From the NCBI GenBank assembly GCA_965649765.1, contig OZ287753.1, positions 49,848,001 through 49,912,000 of the forward strand: a DNA stretch of 64,000 bases, given 5' to 3'. Under the pieces are notes generated by a model. That model ran no database searches and was not told the origin of the DNA. It worked only from the letters and a program-made list of their open reading frames with translations. The DNA is from Bispira polyomma (lineage: Eukaryota). A program made the position numbers and the translations under genes. Each line of letters starts with the position of its first letter. Positions within the stretch are counted from its first letter, which is position 1. This document shows, piece after piece, positions 28,091 to 42,685 of this stretch.

Positions 28091-30216
28091 ATTCTTCTTA
28101 TAGCCCATTTTTAATTGTTTAGAAACCTAGTACAGACGTAGTAGAAGGTAATGCAAAAGTTAGGATCCCTGGTGCATTCGTTTCTGGACGTTGCTTAACA
28201 GATGATATCGTTCAGGAAACGTCTCCGTTTGGTCTGCTACCACGATCATTTCAAACTGCTTACGTACAATCGCCAACATCGTCAGAAAAACGTCACAAAA
28301 CGTCACAATCGACTGCATCTTTGTCAAAATGACATCACTTTCACACTAAACCACCCCGTTTTTAGATATATTGCTTTGCTACGTTGTGGGATAATAGCAC
28401 GTGTAGGTGTGACTGGGCTATAACAGGGGACAACATCATGGCATTGATGATGAGATAAAAGATGCCCAAGAAACATGTACCAAGGTCAATGTGTACATTT
28501 TAGGAAAACAAAAAGGAACAGCTTTTGAGGATGAATACCCTATTATAAATGTCCTCTATTTATGCCGTGTTACCACCTACCTCGTTGTGTGAAGATAACT
28601 GTGATAGAGTGACATTTAATAAAATCTGACTATATATTTGAATTTAGCACTGAAAGTTATAATAAAATACATGGTATAATTTGTATTCACATACATAAGT
28701 TACAAAAACCCTCAGAGTCTTAACCTTGGGTGTCTTTGGATAATGGAGTTGTTTTCACAAGAAAGGTGGCTTCAAATCTTAAATAATAGAACAATGTTAA
28801 ATGTATTATTTTCATGTTCCATTATGTTTATGGTTTTTTTAGTTAAACAACAAACACAACCCTAACACGTTGATATTGTAGTAGTTGAATTTTCATAACA
28901 GAAGTTTGACCTTAAGATTTACTCATGATGTTTAGGTTTTAATATTTAACACAAAGTAAAAAAAATAATTGGGCTTTAATATCAGAGCGTAGCACGCAGT
29001 TATTCGGTATATCAACAATATGACTTAAAGTGGTGATTCCACATTCAAGTTCGATCGGCAAAATGGGCTGGATTTTAAAGTTGGCAAGGTTGGGGCGAAA
29101 AAGGCGGGAAAATGAAAATGTGGGGCGACCTTCCCAATTGAACTGCTTGAGACCTGTTTTGACGGGACACCTACCACGATCGAACTTGAGGTCTGTTAGG
29201 ATCGAACTTACTGGTGATAGGATCTGACTATTGGCCTAAGATCAAACTTATCAGCAATACGATCTGGCCATAAAGATCAAACTTTTAAAAAGTCAAAGTC
29301 GGGACTGTTATGGTAAAATATTTGTCAAAAATTGTTAATTTAGTACCAGTACAAACATTGTAATGTAAGATATCAGCATTTCAATGGATTGGATATCTAC
29401 ATAGACAACAATACCAATAGCATAAAGCATTCATGTTATGAATAATATTAAATATCACAATAAAATATACAGTTATGAACATATGTGCAAATTATAGCTT
29501 TTTTATATTTCCTTAAGCTCTTTTGTCTAAGCACAAAGCTTCCAAGTTCACTCAGTACACAAGATAGCATAATGTACTGTTATTTAAGGTCACATATTGG
29601 GATAATCTGTTGTAAGTTGGTATCATTTGCAATTGGTAGATTTAAAATGGTGCTTACTGTTTACACGATTACAACTACAAGTATTTTGCCCTTTTTGTTT
29701 CTATATTTCGGGGTAGGGAGTAGTAAATGGTATATGGGCGTATGGAGGTAGTTTTCAGTGCTCAAACCCAACAATACAGCTGTATAAAGCTGAGGTTTGC
29801 TTGGACCCAACATCTTCTAAGTACAGTGACCTGACGTCATATCACTATAAGTGTCTTAGAATATAATTATAAGAATTATCTTTGTCTCAGCCAATCAGAT
29901 TCTCTGAAAACATATTTTCATCGCTACCCCTTATTTTGCATACAGTGATCAATTTGTATTGTAAATTAATCGAAATGTGTGTATTTAGGTGCGATTAAGG
30001 AACCGACCAGAATTTATAGCATGCCCTGTGCTGTCATGGATATGGAAATGTAAAAAGATATATTGTTAGATAGTGTTTTATGTATACAAAACTTTTTATA
30101 TATATATACAAAACTTTATATAGTCCAAACCAATCTATTCAATTAATTTCCATAAGGATAACATATTTTTGCTTCTGACTAAAACTTTATCACTTATAAT
30201 ATGAAATTGTTTAATC

Positions 30217-32839
30217 CTATTTTTTTGTTATTAACATGGAGTAATACAAATAATTCATGACATTCTCCAGTGGGTTCTGACTGATGATATACACTAGCTC
30301 TGTGTAATAACTGTCCATGATATCTCGTTTTTCCTTATCAGTCCTTGAGGGATTCAGTCCTCCATACTTGAATGAATAACTCCAACTCTTGATGACGTTG
30401 ACCATTCCTACTGCATACTCCGTCACTGTTTCTTTATCCTCTGTTTAAAATAAAAAAATAATAAAAGAAAAAATGTATTTGTTGTTTTGGGACAAAGGCT
30501 GAAGGACAGTTAATAAGCTAAATATACGCTGGGCCAAATTTATCAAAACGCACTTCCTGACTTGTCTTGGTAAACTAGAATTTCAAGAAATCTGCAACCC
30601 CTGGGCACTGATATACCTGTGAATACATTACTGTGCTCTTAGGGTGATTAAAGTACTAATATTGGAGTCAAGTATAATGTGTGATGCAGAAAACCAAAAG
30701 CTCTGAAGGAGTGTGATTGTACATGGAATTGACAGAAATCTTTAACATATAGCCGGTACAGAGGAAAAATATGTAACTGATATAGGAGGCTAAAATAGTA
30801 CAGACAACAATTTAAAAACTCTCTTGATATTCAGCTGAGTGACTGTAGTGTGGGTATGTTTTCAAGGTTTTCAGTTTTCAAAAGTTTTGCAATGTAATTG
30901 TAATTTTTAGAGAAGATAGATCTTTAAGAAACTGTTAGAAGTAGATAAAGATGTTTTGACATTCTTTTTCTTTGATTGGGATCTTATATTAAAATCTTCG
31001 ACATTGCCTGAATTACACTGCTGATTCACACAACATGTGTTTCATGGATATTAATTTATTTTTATTGATCGCCACTGCTTTGAAATGATGAAAGGTATAT
31101 CAGCTGATTTTGAAATATCAGTGGTTGCTATAATTACCCACAATTAAGCAAATTATCTGCAACACGAAAACTGACAATATGGCCTTAGTTTTTGAATAGG
31201 GCACAATCCAGGAAAGTGAAACAAACTATCAATGACTAAAACACTCACTAGTTTGTGTAAACCTTGTTAACATATCCTCATAAGTAGATGGCTGGAGTAT
31301 GACTTTCTCAATGCTATGCACTCTTAACCCAGATGCTTTTACAGGTGATCCCACTCCTTCAAATGGCTTCAATAAATCATTCTTGGTTCGTAACAGTACA
31401 GGGTAAGTGCATTGTCGCAGCTCTTCCTGAAAACATACAATAGTACTTAAGGTTTAACAAGGTGGTGTAACTGTAAGGTCTACACTTGTGTAAGTCCTGG
31501 CTTTAAGTTACATTTCGATGGTCAAACAACTATTGCAATACAGACATGGTTCCAGTGGTGGTGATTTCATTACTCAGGGATAAAAACACATTTTTGGGGT
31601 GAATCTGTTTTGGAGGATATGAACAGCTGGTGTTTTATGTAAATGGTAGCACATCAACGTAATTATTATTATCGTTATTGAAATATGTATATAACATTCC
31701 ATCAACATTGAAGGTGCTCGTTCTCCATAAGGGATAGTCCTACAATATAGCCTCGGTCACATTATGTCATCCCACCAATGAACCTAAATCATAAAAGCAT
31801 TAGCAGAAGTCAAACAGGGACTTTCTGATCACAAAACCCACTATGTTAGAGGAGACCACATGCAAGTATTTTATGCAGAACACTGTGCACTTCTTTTAGA
31901 TGCATATGTGTATACTATTTAGCTGTAATCAACACATGTTAGTTTCTAGTAATAGTTATTTTTTTCTGTAGTAAAACCTACCTTGGTAATGATGCCTCTT
32001 TTGCTAAAGTCAATCCAAAGGTCACAAACTGTTTTTAACAGGCTGTGATGCCTGACGCACCCTGTGGATCTTGCGTCCTCGTCAATTGCATTAACAAATA
32101 AAACCATAAACCCCCCTACAAAGTTTTAACCAAAGTGAATGGTAACCATATATTAACATATACAGAATAATATTGGAATCATGGAATTATAAACATGTCA
32201 CATGAATGTTGACCCGGCGATCAGATAAACTCCTTGAAACTCAATTCCTATCTAAAATTCACATTTAACATTTACAAAAGAGAAGGCTAATTGGTCCACA
32301 TGCCTCTGTTTGTGTAAACTCGCCAATCACTTTCAATTATTTATTTAGTTTTTAACAGCTTAGTAGGTCAAATCGCAAGGGTCATAACCACTAGCCTACT
32401 TCAAGTACCTGATAAACTTTCCCACATGAAGTGACAAACCCACATTGGTGAGAGGTCAGTGATTGCAAACCGGCACTAAGCATTTTAATTATTACATCAT
32501 AATATATATCGGACACTTGTCTGTTATGTCATGCAAAAACATGGAACTGTAGTATCAGGTTTAATCCTATATAATTGCATACATATTTTGCAACACCAAC
32601 CTGTCCTCAGTTCTTTGGCCCTAAGAAGTAGAAACTTTTCCAAATCCTTCTCTCCTTGTTTTTGAAATGATGTATTTTGAATGTCATCATAGAGGCAGGG
32701 CAAACATGTCTCTGTTAGACAAGGCCTACAGAATCCACAAATAATATTTTGCAACTGTGCTACACTATATTCAGTGATTATTAATGTATAAGGATATAGC
32801 TATACTAGCAATGTAAATTACCTGTTGAATATATAAAAT

Positions 32840-32911
<72 letters not shown>

Positions 32912-35900
32912 TGAAACACCAACAGTATAACAGTAGTGGCATTACATATAAAGGTCAATATAAAATATATGAATAAAATAAACTGCTAAAGTTGCAGACA
33001 TACAACCAAATTAAATTATACATTGTCTAGTTATGGACAATTAAAATGAAAACACAAACAGTGTAACAGTAGTGGTATTAGATATAACGATGAATATGAA
33101 ATGTATGAATAAAATTAACTGCTAAAGTTGCAAACATACAACCAAATTAATTTATGGTTTCAGGAAAAAGCTTCAATCCTATCTTTCCAAACTTGTCTGC
33201 CCCTTAGTTCCTTCCTGTACACCCCCACATCATACGTTACAAACAAGGCTGTGTTTTTTACTTCTCTATTGGTTAATTAATTCTGCTGTTGCACTTTAGA
33301 AAATGATTATCCTCAAAAAGGCACGTTAAAAATTCAAAATACAATACAACAGAGCTAAGTAAATGACAATAGAAAAACAAATACTTTAAAAGCTAAAAGA
33401 AGTTGAAAAATCAACTGTAATAAGATACACAATCTTTGCTTATGAGAACCATACAGATAATAAATTATGCATATGTGGGAGGCAAGTGTATTAACACTAC
33501 ACCACTGAAAGCTGCTGTAGTTTAGAAATATTAAACAACTGCATTATTGTACTTTGCTGCACAAATAAATTGATTGTCGCAAGACTAAAATGTGTTTACA
33601 TAGTTTTTACTTAGTGCATAGATGAAACTTATAACCTATATTTGTGTAGCGAAAAAAAAGAAAAGGAAATGCATATCTTTTGTTTTAAATGTCAAATAAG
33701 AACACCAGAGAAAGAGTATTTCTCTTGGGGATCAAGATAGCGCTTCAGAAAAATCAAAAAGTACCAACCTTTCACTGAGGAAATGCAGTGCAGTAGAACA
33801 ACACACCAGAGAAAGAGTATTATCAGGTAGACATTGTTTATAGAACGATGTCCCAGAGGCAGTCACAAATACGTTGTGCAGAGGTCTACCAGACACAGAG
33901 ACTTTTTCGCCAGACAATGTTTCTGCCAAAAAAGATGTACGAGATGTATGAATATAAAATGTTATAAGCAAAGTCATGTTTCCTAAGCAATATATATGTC
34001 TCCTGACTTATAGTTTTGTAATATTGACAGCATACTGTGAAGAATTTTGGCTGCTCTGCAAACGACCCCCCCTTAAGCAAGTCTATTGCCAACTTTTCCA
34101 CATACATTCAATGGGCAAGATTCAAACCCATGCCTGCATATGTGGGAGGCAAGTGTATTAACACTACACCACTGAAAGCTGCTGTAGTTTAGAAATATTA
34201 AACAACTGCATTATTGTACTTTGCTGCACAAATAAATTGATTGTCGCAAGATAATAATCACTTGTTGAAAACTCCAAATAAAAAAAAAATGAAATAATTT
34301 GGATAACAGGTGTGATTTCTACCTGAAAATGTCCTGAAGATAGACTTGAAGTCATTTTGTGGCATGTCTTCAAACACAACCGATACTTGTTTATCTGGAC
34401 CATAATGGAATCTGATTATCTCTGGAATGTTAAACTACATATATAAACTTGCAGTACAGTTTAGCAGATAAAACGTTGAGGTACAAAGAGACTACTATGT
34501 TAATAGAAACGATTTTAGAATTGAGCTTTAGTTATCAAATCTTAAAATCTTAATTAAATATACTGCCCATAACAAATCCTGCTCACCTGAATATATTTAT
34601 GTTTATAAAAGCAATATAAGTGAAGGGCACATGAAATATTAGATACATCATAGTTTGCTGTTTACAAAGCTACACTGGAATAGTGAGTTGCACCAACAAC
34701 TTTACAATATAGATAACCCGCTTGCTATAATGGTTGAAGGAAAAATTATAATACACTGGGTAACTTATTGTCCTGATTCAGCATTATTCCCAATGTTATA
34801 TGAAATTGTACTGATTTAACGAAACGCTTGTAAGAACACCTGGAAGAAATGCGCAAGCAATAGAAAAATACAGAAATACTTACCAACAATTTCAGGGAGT
34901 ATTTGGATAAATCCCAAACCATCAGCAGTACCAAAGTCAGCTATTGTGAATGGTCCGTCACTGTTCTCTAGCGTTCTTGCTTGCTCTGAAAATTAGAGTG
35001 CTATTTAAATCAACACAAATGGGGGTAATTTAAATTACTACACAAGTGCGATAATTAAATAATTAAATTGCACTCAATGGTGTAATGATTTTACCCACAA
35101 ACCCCCTCCACTGGAGTTGGCATAAAAAAAATTAAGCTACCCTTGCAATTTTATAGTACCCACTGTGTTTTTTACAAAAACATCTGGAATTGCTGCACTT
35201 CGAAAAATATTGTCATCCCAAGGCATTGTTTTACCATAGGAAGTATTTGCTATTAAGTAGTCTATTTATTGAATAAAAGTTTGATTTTCAACTTATCACC
35301 CTCTTTGGGAAAAGCAAATCTGCTACCATTCCTGTTTAAAGTTTAAATTTATTTATGAAATAAGAATAAACTGTTCACCAATGGCAGGTCTGTTTGTAAT
35401 TTTAATTTAGCAGACAGATAAGCACTGAGAAATACACTAAAGCCAAATGCTGAACTTACAGCCAAAATCAAAGTACTCTGTGCACCTACATTCCTGATAG
35501 TTCAATCAGATATATACTTCTAGCCAAACTGGCTAAACAGTACAAACTTCCAAGTTGTTAGCAAACAACTTTAAAATCAATAATAACATTCGCAGTGACA
35601 TAAAATGATTTCTAAATTTTCTTCCCCAGTTCAACGGAGTAACTTTTATCAAGCCTATCGAAATAGATAAAACACATATGATGTATCTCAACGCTTGCTT
35701 AACAGGAACAGAGGCCATTTGGGTGGATCAGGTATATGCTACACCCTTTCATAATATATATAGCCAGGAGATTTCCATTATATATCTGGAGATGGTCGAT
35801 ATAGTAGTGTCGTTCAGCATTTAGGCTGAACATGGGGCTCACTACAAAATTTTCTCTTTTTTTGGCATTTTTCGGGTTCTTCAGGATGTTTAATCTAGCA

Positions 35901-38474
35901 TCTCATCCTACTGCAAAATTTGACCATTCCAGACATTTACTTATAATTATAATTCAGTGGGCCAAGAATCTACAAAATAGAGACCAGGCCCACATTATTT
36001 TAATTCCATATTTAGGCAATTATATTTTATACCCGGTTACAGCACTAAAAAATTGCTAGATACCACAACAGTCTGGACCTACCTTGATTCTACTTGTAAG
36101 GCTGCTTCAGTTTTTCCTGTTATTTTGAAATTTTCCTAGTTTAGTTTGGGGCTTTTAAATTCTTAGTACAATTTATACTCTTGCTAGATTTTTTAGGGCG
36201 CACATAGATTCACTAATATGTATATAATACAATTCTTAAACATTCTTTTACTGTGTTTATCAAACTAATTTGAAACTTGTAAGGCAACAATTTGTAACCC
36301 AAGGTCAAACATCTTACCATTTTGTTAGACCTTTCAACCCACTAGGTCAAAACACTTTCATCTTTTTCAAGTTAAAATTTATTATACGGAACTCAGAGAC
36401 GCCCGGCCATATAGGGGCCTGCTATGTCTGTTTCTAAAAATTTGCTTCCACCTTAAACAATTTAGCTATTGCTGCCCTAGCTAGGCTTTGACATTTCCCC
36501 TCTATATTTAATTGCGGTACTGAAGGTGACACATATAATGAAATAAGCCACCGTCAAATATACATCCAGGTGCCAGTCATGCATGTAGGTTATATTGAGT
36601 GTTTAGTGTGAATATCATATGTAGGGAGAACACGTTGTATCAGAGGTCTGACTCACTATTTAATACGCTACTTGGCAGCAGTTTATTTTTACTTAAACAG
36701 TTACTATAACTATAGGTTCCTAGGGCTAATCAAATTATGGTTGATTTGGGCACAGGACCGTGTGGAAGTGTGGTCCTGTCCTCCATGCTTCCCTCTATCT
36801 CATATAATGCATGCCGGTTTGTGGGACAGGACTGGCCTCTGCTAGGCGATTAGGTACCACAGGTCCTTGGCCCTAATTCATGGCCATATGCATATGACAC
36901 CTTAAAAATTCAGTTTCTAAAATGTTCATTACAAATACACTATTGGGGAAATTCTAAACAGAGGGTACAAATGTGGCAAGCATTGTTGCTATTTTTCTTG
37001 GGTGATGAAATAACTTATTCTTCTCTACGTGTGGTAGCGCCGAATTGCGGAACCTCGATAAATATTTTATATTAACGGTTACTGCTAAGAGTGTTTGAAA
37101 GCGCCGGTTGGTGTATTTGGAGGATGTTGTTTTTGTTGGCACTAAAGCAGAGGTAGTCCAATGTGTTGTTGTGTGGTTCTTTTTTACTTACTAGCTGGGC
37201 CAGAGTTTTTTTTATAAAGCCACGATAATGGAACAGTGGGTTAATTAGCTTAATGATTATGATGGAGATGGTCTTGTGATGGTCTGGTAACAAACGTGAT
37301 TTGCTTGTCAGAAGCAGTTTTGCAGGTTTGTGTGTGTGTGTACAGTGTCATACTGATAGACTGATGAATTTTATCACTGTGATTTGCTTTTTATAATAAA
37401 TATGTTACCAGTGCTTTATATTTTACATGGTGACTTGCATGTTAATAGTGGTGATAATATGTAATGTGTTTTCTGTATCCAAAAGGTGATCATAATTCTA
37501 GTCAGTATTGGATCATGTAGTTAGTTTGTAGTTGTTCAGTAATGGTAAATCTTGCATTTATATTTTATAGTTATATTTTTATAATGTTATATTTTACAAC
37601 TGTTTCTAGTGTTTTGGGTAATATGTTAAATATTTGAAAGTAATGTGTAACAGTATTTGGGTTAGTTATTTAATCTTGTCGGTAGGTTTAACTTAAAATA
37701 ATTAATTGATTACTTAGATTCTTAAATAATTTCAGTATTTTTTTAGGTGTTTTTCCTGTTCTTCCATTGATGTAAATGTGACCGCTGAACCCGTGTGGTT
37801 AGATGGTAGGAAAAAAATATCAAAAAATCTTTTAGTCAAGTTGGTGGTTGTTCTTCAATAGTCAAGACCCTATCAGCTAATCCCTACTTAAGTCCGGCAA
37901 CCTGTAGTCAAGACCAACCCTGATTGCATCTGGCAACATACGTATTATGTTTAATTAATTTTATAACGTGGATATAGACTTGATGTTTAGTTTATGGTGT
38001 CACAGGTTATCATATTATCTAGGATACTAAATTATATTTACACTTGTAAATTTGCTTTTGTTGTGGTTATTTTTTTAATTTAAAGGCTTTGTATGGTATG
38101 TGTATTATGTATTATTTTTCACTGTGTTTTTTCCATCTTGTTACACCTTTGCCCGCACGAGGTCAAAACACTTTCATCTATTTTAACCTAAATGTTTTTA
38201 TTAGGAACTGTAGTAATTAATATATATATATGCAGATATTTGAGAAGAGAATGTAGTATATTTAATATTGCTACTGTTTTGTATAATATATCAATAATAC
38301 AAAAACAAATACTAATACAACAATAAATAATATACCTACCACATACTTACCATGAAGGGCCTGTCTAATATATTTCAGCTCCAATTCATGAACTTGAGTT
38401 GCATATATATTCCTATGGCTATAACTACTAAGACCCTCCTCATCAAAATACATTAAGACACTACGATTTTCCAT
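30217..38474 (-). CDS. SABATH-family (Methyltransf_7) SAM-dependent small-molecule methyltransferase, copy A, intact, 379 aa; exons 38351-38474, 34884-34985, 34323-34421, 33769-33922, 32601-32725, 31982-32115, 31249-31426, 30217-30440
   Basis: All introns GT-AG with consistent phases (1,1,1,2,1,0,1) and no internal stop. Motifs IADFGTADG, EDMPQNDFKSIF, SGTSFYKQCLPDNTL, STALHFLS, DLEKFLLLRAKELRTGGFMV. An upstream in-frame ATG at 38507 (390 aa) is possible, but copy C aligns to 38474. Confidence 0.92.
32842..32904. repeat. (TA)n microsatellite
   Basis: About 30 TA units. Confidence 0.98.
32904..33151. repeat. Diverged ~135-bp tandem duplication (intronic)
   Basis: AATTAAAATGAAA...CTGCTAAAGTTGCA.ACATACAACCAAATTAA occurs twice. 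Confidence 0.85.
33960..34175 (-). mobile_element. tRNA-derived SINE (family 2)
   Basis: A-box-like TGGTGTAGTGTT and B-box-like GGTTTGAATCT, followed by a TGTGGAAAAGTTGGCA body. Confidence 0.6.
35832..38210 (+). mobile_element. Old Ngaro-type 3' remnant (YR fragment, B1-A2-B2) in intron 1 of SABATH copy A
   Basis: FLAFFGFFRMFNL...IQWAKNLQNR YR; direct repeat AGGTCAAAACACTTTCATCT...GGAACT at ~36344 and ~38160; degenerate junction hairpin 36388-36434. Confidence 0.7.
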
Positions 38475-39630
38475 AACAGAAACACAACCTAGTCCAACCG
38501 ATGACATGTATAAACTGAACTATAAGCGCATAGAGTCTACGTGTTGTGCAGAAAAAGCCAAGATTTGCCTAAAAAGTGAAATGTCTGCCTAACCACAAAA
38601 GTGGGAGTTTTTCACTGCTGTGTTTTCTGTGAAACACTTTTATTTCAAGTCAGTTATTATTCACATAAAAAAACTTCAATTACTCTGGTACTGGGAGATT
38701 GGTCCACATGTTGACTATATAATAAATAATAAATATTCTAGATTTCCAGTTATATCTTTATTGACATACACGATCAACATATGTTTTCAAAAGGAACAAT
38801 ATTTAAATTAATTCAATTATTGACTTTTACATAAAGTAATTTATTCAAAGAGTTTATGTACATGCATAAAAAGGGACAATTATCTATATTCAACCAAGAG
38901 GTGTGTTACATCAAGTTATCATGCAATTATAATTGATTATCTAATATATCTTCTTTTGTTCTCTGGTGAAATAATCACACAATCCAAAGCAACTGACAAG
39001 CCTATTGATTTAATGAGCTATCGAACACAGTATTTTGAGGAACAAGTTAGGGTCAAGTTGCAACCAACTCATTCATGAGATTGTTTTGGTTTTGTTTTTT
39101 AAATTTCAAGCAATAATATTTGATTTTATTATTTATTTATTATACTGCCATGCATATGTACATACTAGTTATGCATTTCAAAACATCAGATTACAAGTAC
39201 CCAGCCGTATATGAGCTTATTTTTTTGTCACTACAACACATTAGTCATTTGTCATCGTAAAACTAAAAAAAGGACTTCTACATTCTGTAAAATCGAGTGT
39301 AATTGTGTCGTGTATGCATCACGTTTCAGTAGAAATAAGAAAAAGTGTATTTTCTTCTAGTCCCAAAAGAAATTTAAAGAAATTCAACACTATATATGTA
39401 TGTATGTGTGTATGTGTGTGGTCCTTCGTTTGTTAAAAGTTCAGTACAAACTTGCACCAGCTTGCAAAATTAACTCCTTATTACGTTTGCAAGCAACAGC
39501 TGAGGAAACAGAGTTCACCTAGAGTTATAACTTGTGCTTAGTTGGACAAACTATGTGAAATTCGTTTTTACATGTCAGAGTAGCATTAGTTTTAGATCAC
39601 AAAGGGGTTACTAAAATTGAATAGTCAGAT

Positions 39631-40700
39631 ACACAGCACAACCCTGAAGGGGTCTGCTCATTCAGTTCAAAATAGAAAATTATATATCTTTTCCTTAACT
39701 CTAGGGGACCATTCGAGTACTGTTCAATGGCTTCTCTTTTATTAACCAATGAACCCCAAATTTCCCTTTAAAAATGCTATCCTTCCATATTGAATTTCGT
39801 TTAACAACAGTCAACATCAGATTATTTTATTAGTATTTTAGTTTTTTATATTGAGGGGTTTTAATTTTATATGTGTACTTTTAACTGTGAATTGTATAAA
39901 TTAAATATGAAGAAAGGTATTGATAATGACCTACGGGTGCCGTTCGACCAAGCTCTCAGCTCTCATCAAACTTCTCCTCAAGCGGGATGTTCCACTTTCC
40001 CATCGGCAGACATGACTGGGTTTCACCACCATACTTCTATGCTTACAGGCATGTTGCCTTCATCTCTCCACCATATGTCCCCGGCTGACCCAACCAGCGG
40101 AAGTGCCGAAATATTGACTATATTGAACCTGACTATATTCAACCATCAGGCGCCATGATCCAGCAGGTATTGCTGTCTTTGAAGGATGCTTGGTCGCTTC
40201 CTCAGGAGGTAGTGCATACGGCTTGGACTACTAGTAGATAGGAAGTGAAGGAGGGTCGGCTGACCTGGAGCGATACGACCCAATAGTCGCTTAATAGAAT
40301 CAGCACATTACAGACGGGCATGGCTAACTCTTCACACCCGACCAGTTTGACCAGTTTGCATTCCGGCAGATCCACCATATGTAAACTTTTCAACTTGGGA
40401 AAGTGTTTGCACAAGACCGACCATGGTAACTACAAGCATGCTTGCTGGCATTGCATGACTGTGTTAAACAAAGACTTACCCCATTCTGAGTTTAAATGCT
40501 ACAAAGATAATTCCACAAAACAGATGGAAAATAAAAGTAGTTAGGACCTTGACCGACTACCAGTGAATGGAACATTTGCAGTGAGTTGTAGGGATAGAAT
40601 TGTAGGAAATAAATTACTTAAGATAGAAAATTTGAGCAAAAACTGTACCATAGCATCCCCAAACTGGTTCTACAGTCTGCCAAATCCGACATCCAAAGTA
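39631..40700 (+). mobile_element. Ngaro-type 5' remnant (left terminus plus degenerate gag)
   Basis: Terminal half-hairpin 39631-39669; gag zinc finger CKLFNLGKCLHKTDHGNYKHACWHC...HSEFKC, paralogous to 41850-42404. Confidence 0.8.
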
Positions 40701-41018
40701 TGCACAGCAGGACCCTTTAGGGGCCTGATACTTCAGTCCACTTACAAACCTTTTAACTTTCATCACAACCTTAATTTCGGTTATACCAACAATATATGTA
40801 GCTATTTACTGGGCTACTAGCCAATCACAGCCCACACACTTGTTGTTTAGGCTTCACTTTCCAAATCACCATTTTGAATCTACATTCAAGCTATAAAATT
40901 CAAAGCAACAACAAGTGAAAAATATTTTATGAAATAAATGAATTGTATTTATGTGATTTTATTATTTTAACTTGGTTTTTATGACACATTGTGTGCTACA
41001 TATTGTGAATCAATCGAC

Positions 41019-42404
41019 ATGGGTCGTACTAAGAAAACGCCCACACACAGCTCAGTTAAAAAATCGACCAAGAAACCACTTACAGCAAGAAAGACAAAGG
41101 AAAGGCAAGTAGTTGATTCTCTCGTCTTGGACCTCGACGGTCAATTATCACAGGTAGCGGGCCCCTCTAGTACTGACAATTCTTTTCAACAGATAAATAG
41201 CGATGCCTCGCCAATGATGGCGACTCGGGGGTCCCTACTTAGGCCGGGTTCCGACACAACCAGCAGCCAGAATTCTGACCAAATGCTTGCCATTCTCATG
41301 AGGCTTGAAGCTTCTAACGCCGACTTAGCTGGCCGTTTGCAGAAAGTAGAGCAACAGGCATCGACTAACGCATCCATGTTACCTACCCCATCCCTCCTCG
41401 GGACAGGTCACACACCGGCCATCGGGCAGATGGGAACTACAGCTTCACTTAACGTGCAGGGTACATCTGCATACAACCAACCTGCTACAGGCCACCACGG
41501 TCAGATCGCTGCCGGATCACTACCACAGACGGGTTATCCTCCTCAACAACCAGCACAGGGCAACGCTGCATTCGCGCTTCCCACTCAGTCAGGCAATATT
41601 GCATGAGCTTATATGCAGAACACTAGACCAGACATCCCCGTAGCAACACACACGGGCTACGCGGGTCACGATTACCAACGAGACGGGATCGTACCGAATC
41701 TAGATGCTTTAAGAATCTTACCTCACGTCCAGGCGGAAGTTACCAGACAACTTGCTCAGTATTCAGCACTTGCACAGTGAGATATAACACAAGGTAAGGC
41801 ATCTCTTAAGCATAAATCGGGACGGTTCAATAACACAGACGTCACTTCCATGGATCCCAGGCTAAGGTGGCCTAACGAAGGGTGGGTAGGGGGTTCTTCA
41901 AAGAAGAAGCAAACGTTCGATGAACTCACACTGCCGCAGTGGGCTGCAGGGCAGCTCGCTAACGCGCTATTAGTACCTAACCCTGCTGAAATGAAGGATA
42001 TGGTAAGACAAATAGTATCAGCACTCAGAGATGCTTCATCTCTTCCGTGGCACGTTGTCAGGACAGCCTGGGCTCTCAGTATGCACGAGGTTGAGGAGGG
42101 CCGGCTGTCCTGGCAGAACGACACCCAATGGTCACTGAATAGGCTCAGTGCTTCCCAGGTAGCCATGGTCAACAGTGCAAACGTAGGTATTAGCAACAGC
42201 AATTCTAGCAACGATTCTAAACTTATTTGTAAGTTATATAACAATGGTAAATGTACCCACAAGTCAGATCACGACAAATACAAACACATCTGTTGGCATT
42301 GTAGCCGAACCCTGGGGAAGGACTCCAACCACCCCGAGTTCAAGTGTTACAGATCCAACAGTAAACAGCTGGACACTCAGGTAAACCAAGGAAAGCAAAG
42401 CTAG
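41019..42404 (+). pseudogene. gag: Ngaro gag (two in-frame TGA, at 41604 and 41778)
   Basis: ORFs 40989-41606 and 41850-42404 share a frame; RWPNEG, FDELTLPQWAAGQL, C-terminal Cys/His finger. Confidence 0.85.
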
Positions 42405-42685
42405 GTAATTCTTCAACAACCAGGAGAACGAACTATAGTTAAAGATAATTGCAAAGTAGAAATAAGAGATGAGCATGATAGTAACATTAAAATTGTAAAA
42501 GGTGAGCTTAAATCTAATGATGTTGATAATATACTGTGTTATGGTAATGAGAACAATGAACATATTAATGGAAATGAGAACATAATGCAAAACAATGTGA
42601 ACAAAATGTACTCTAGTAATTTCACAAATGTTTCGAATGAGGGCATGATGACGGAGTACAACTGTTTATCAGAGCATTATGATTT

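Noticed and set aside
30217-38474. Plant or bacterial contamination as the source of the SABATH genes
   Set aside because: The genes are spliced and interleaved with metazoan-type L2, Penelope, Ngaro and SINE elements
41604-41780. Selenocysteine or programmed readthrough at the gag TGA codons
   Set aside because: More simply explained as nonsense transitions; pol also carries a stop; no SECIS evidence
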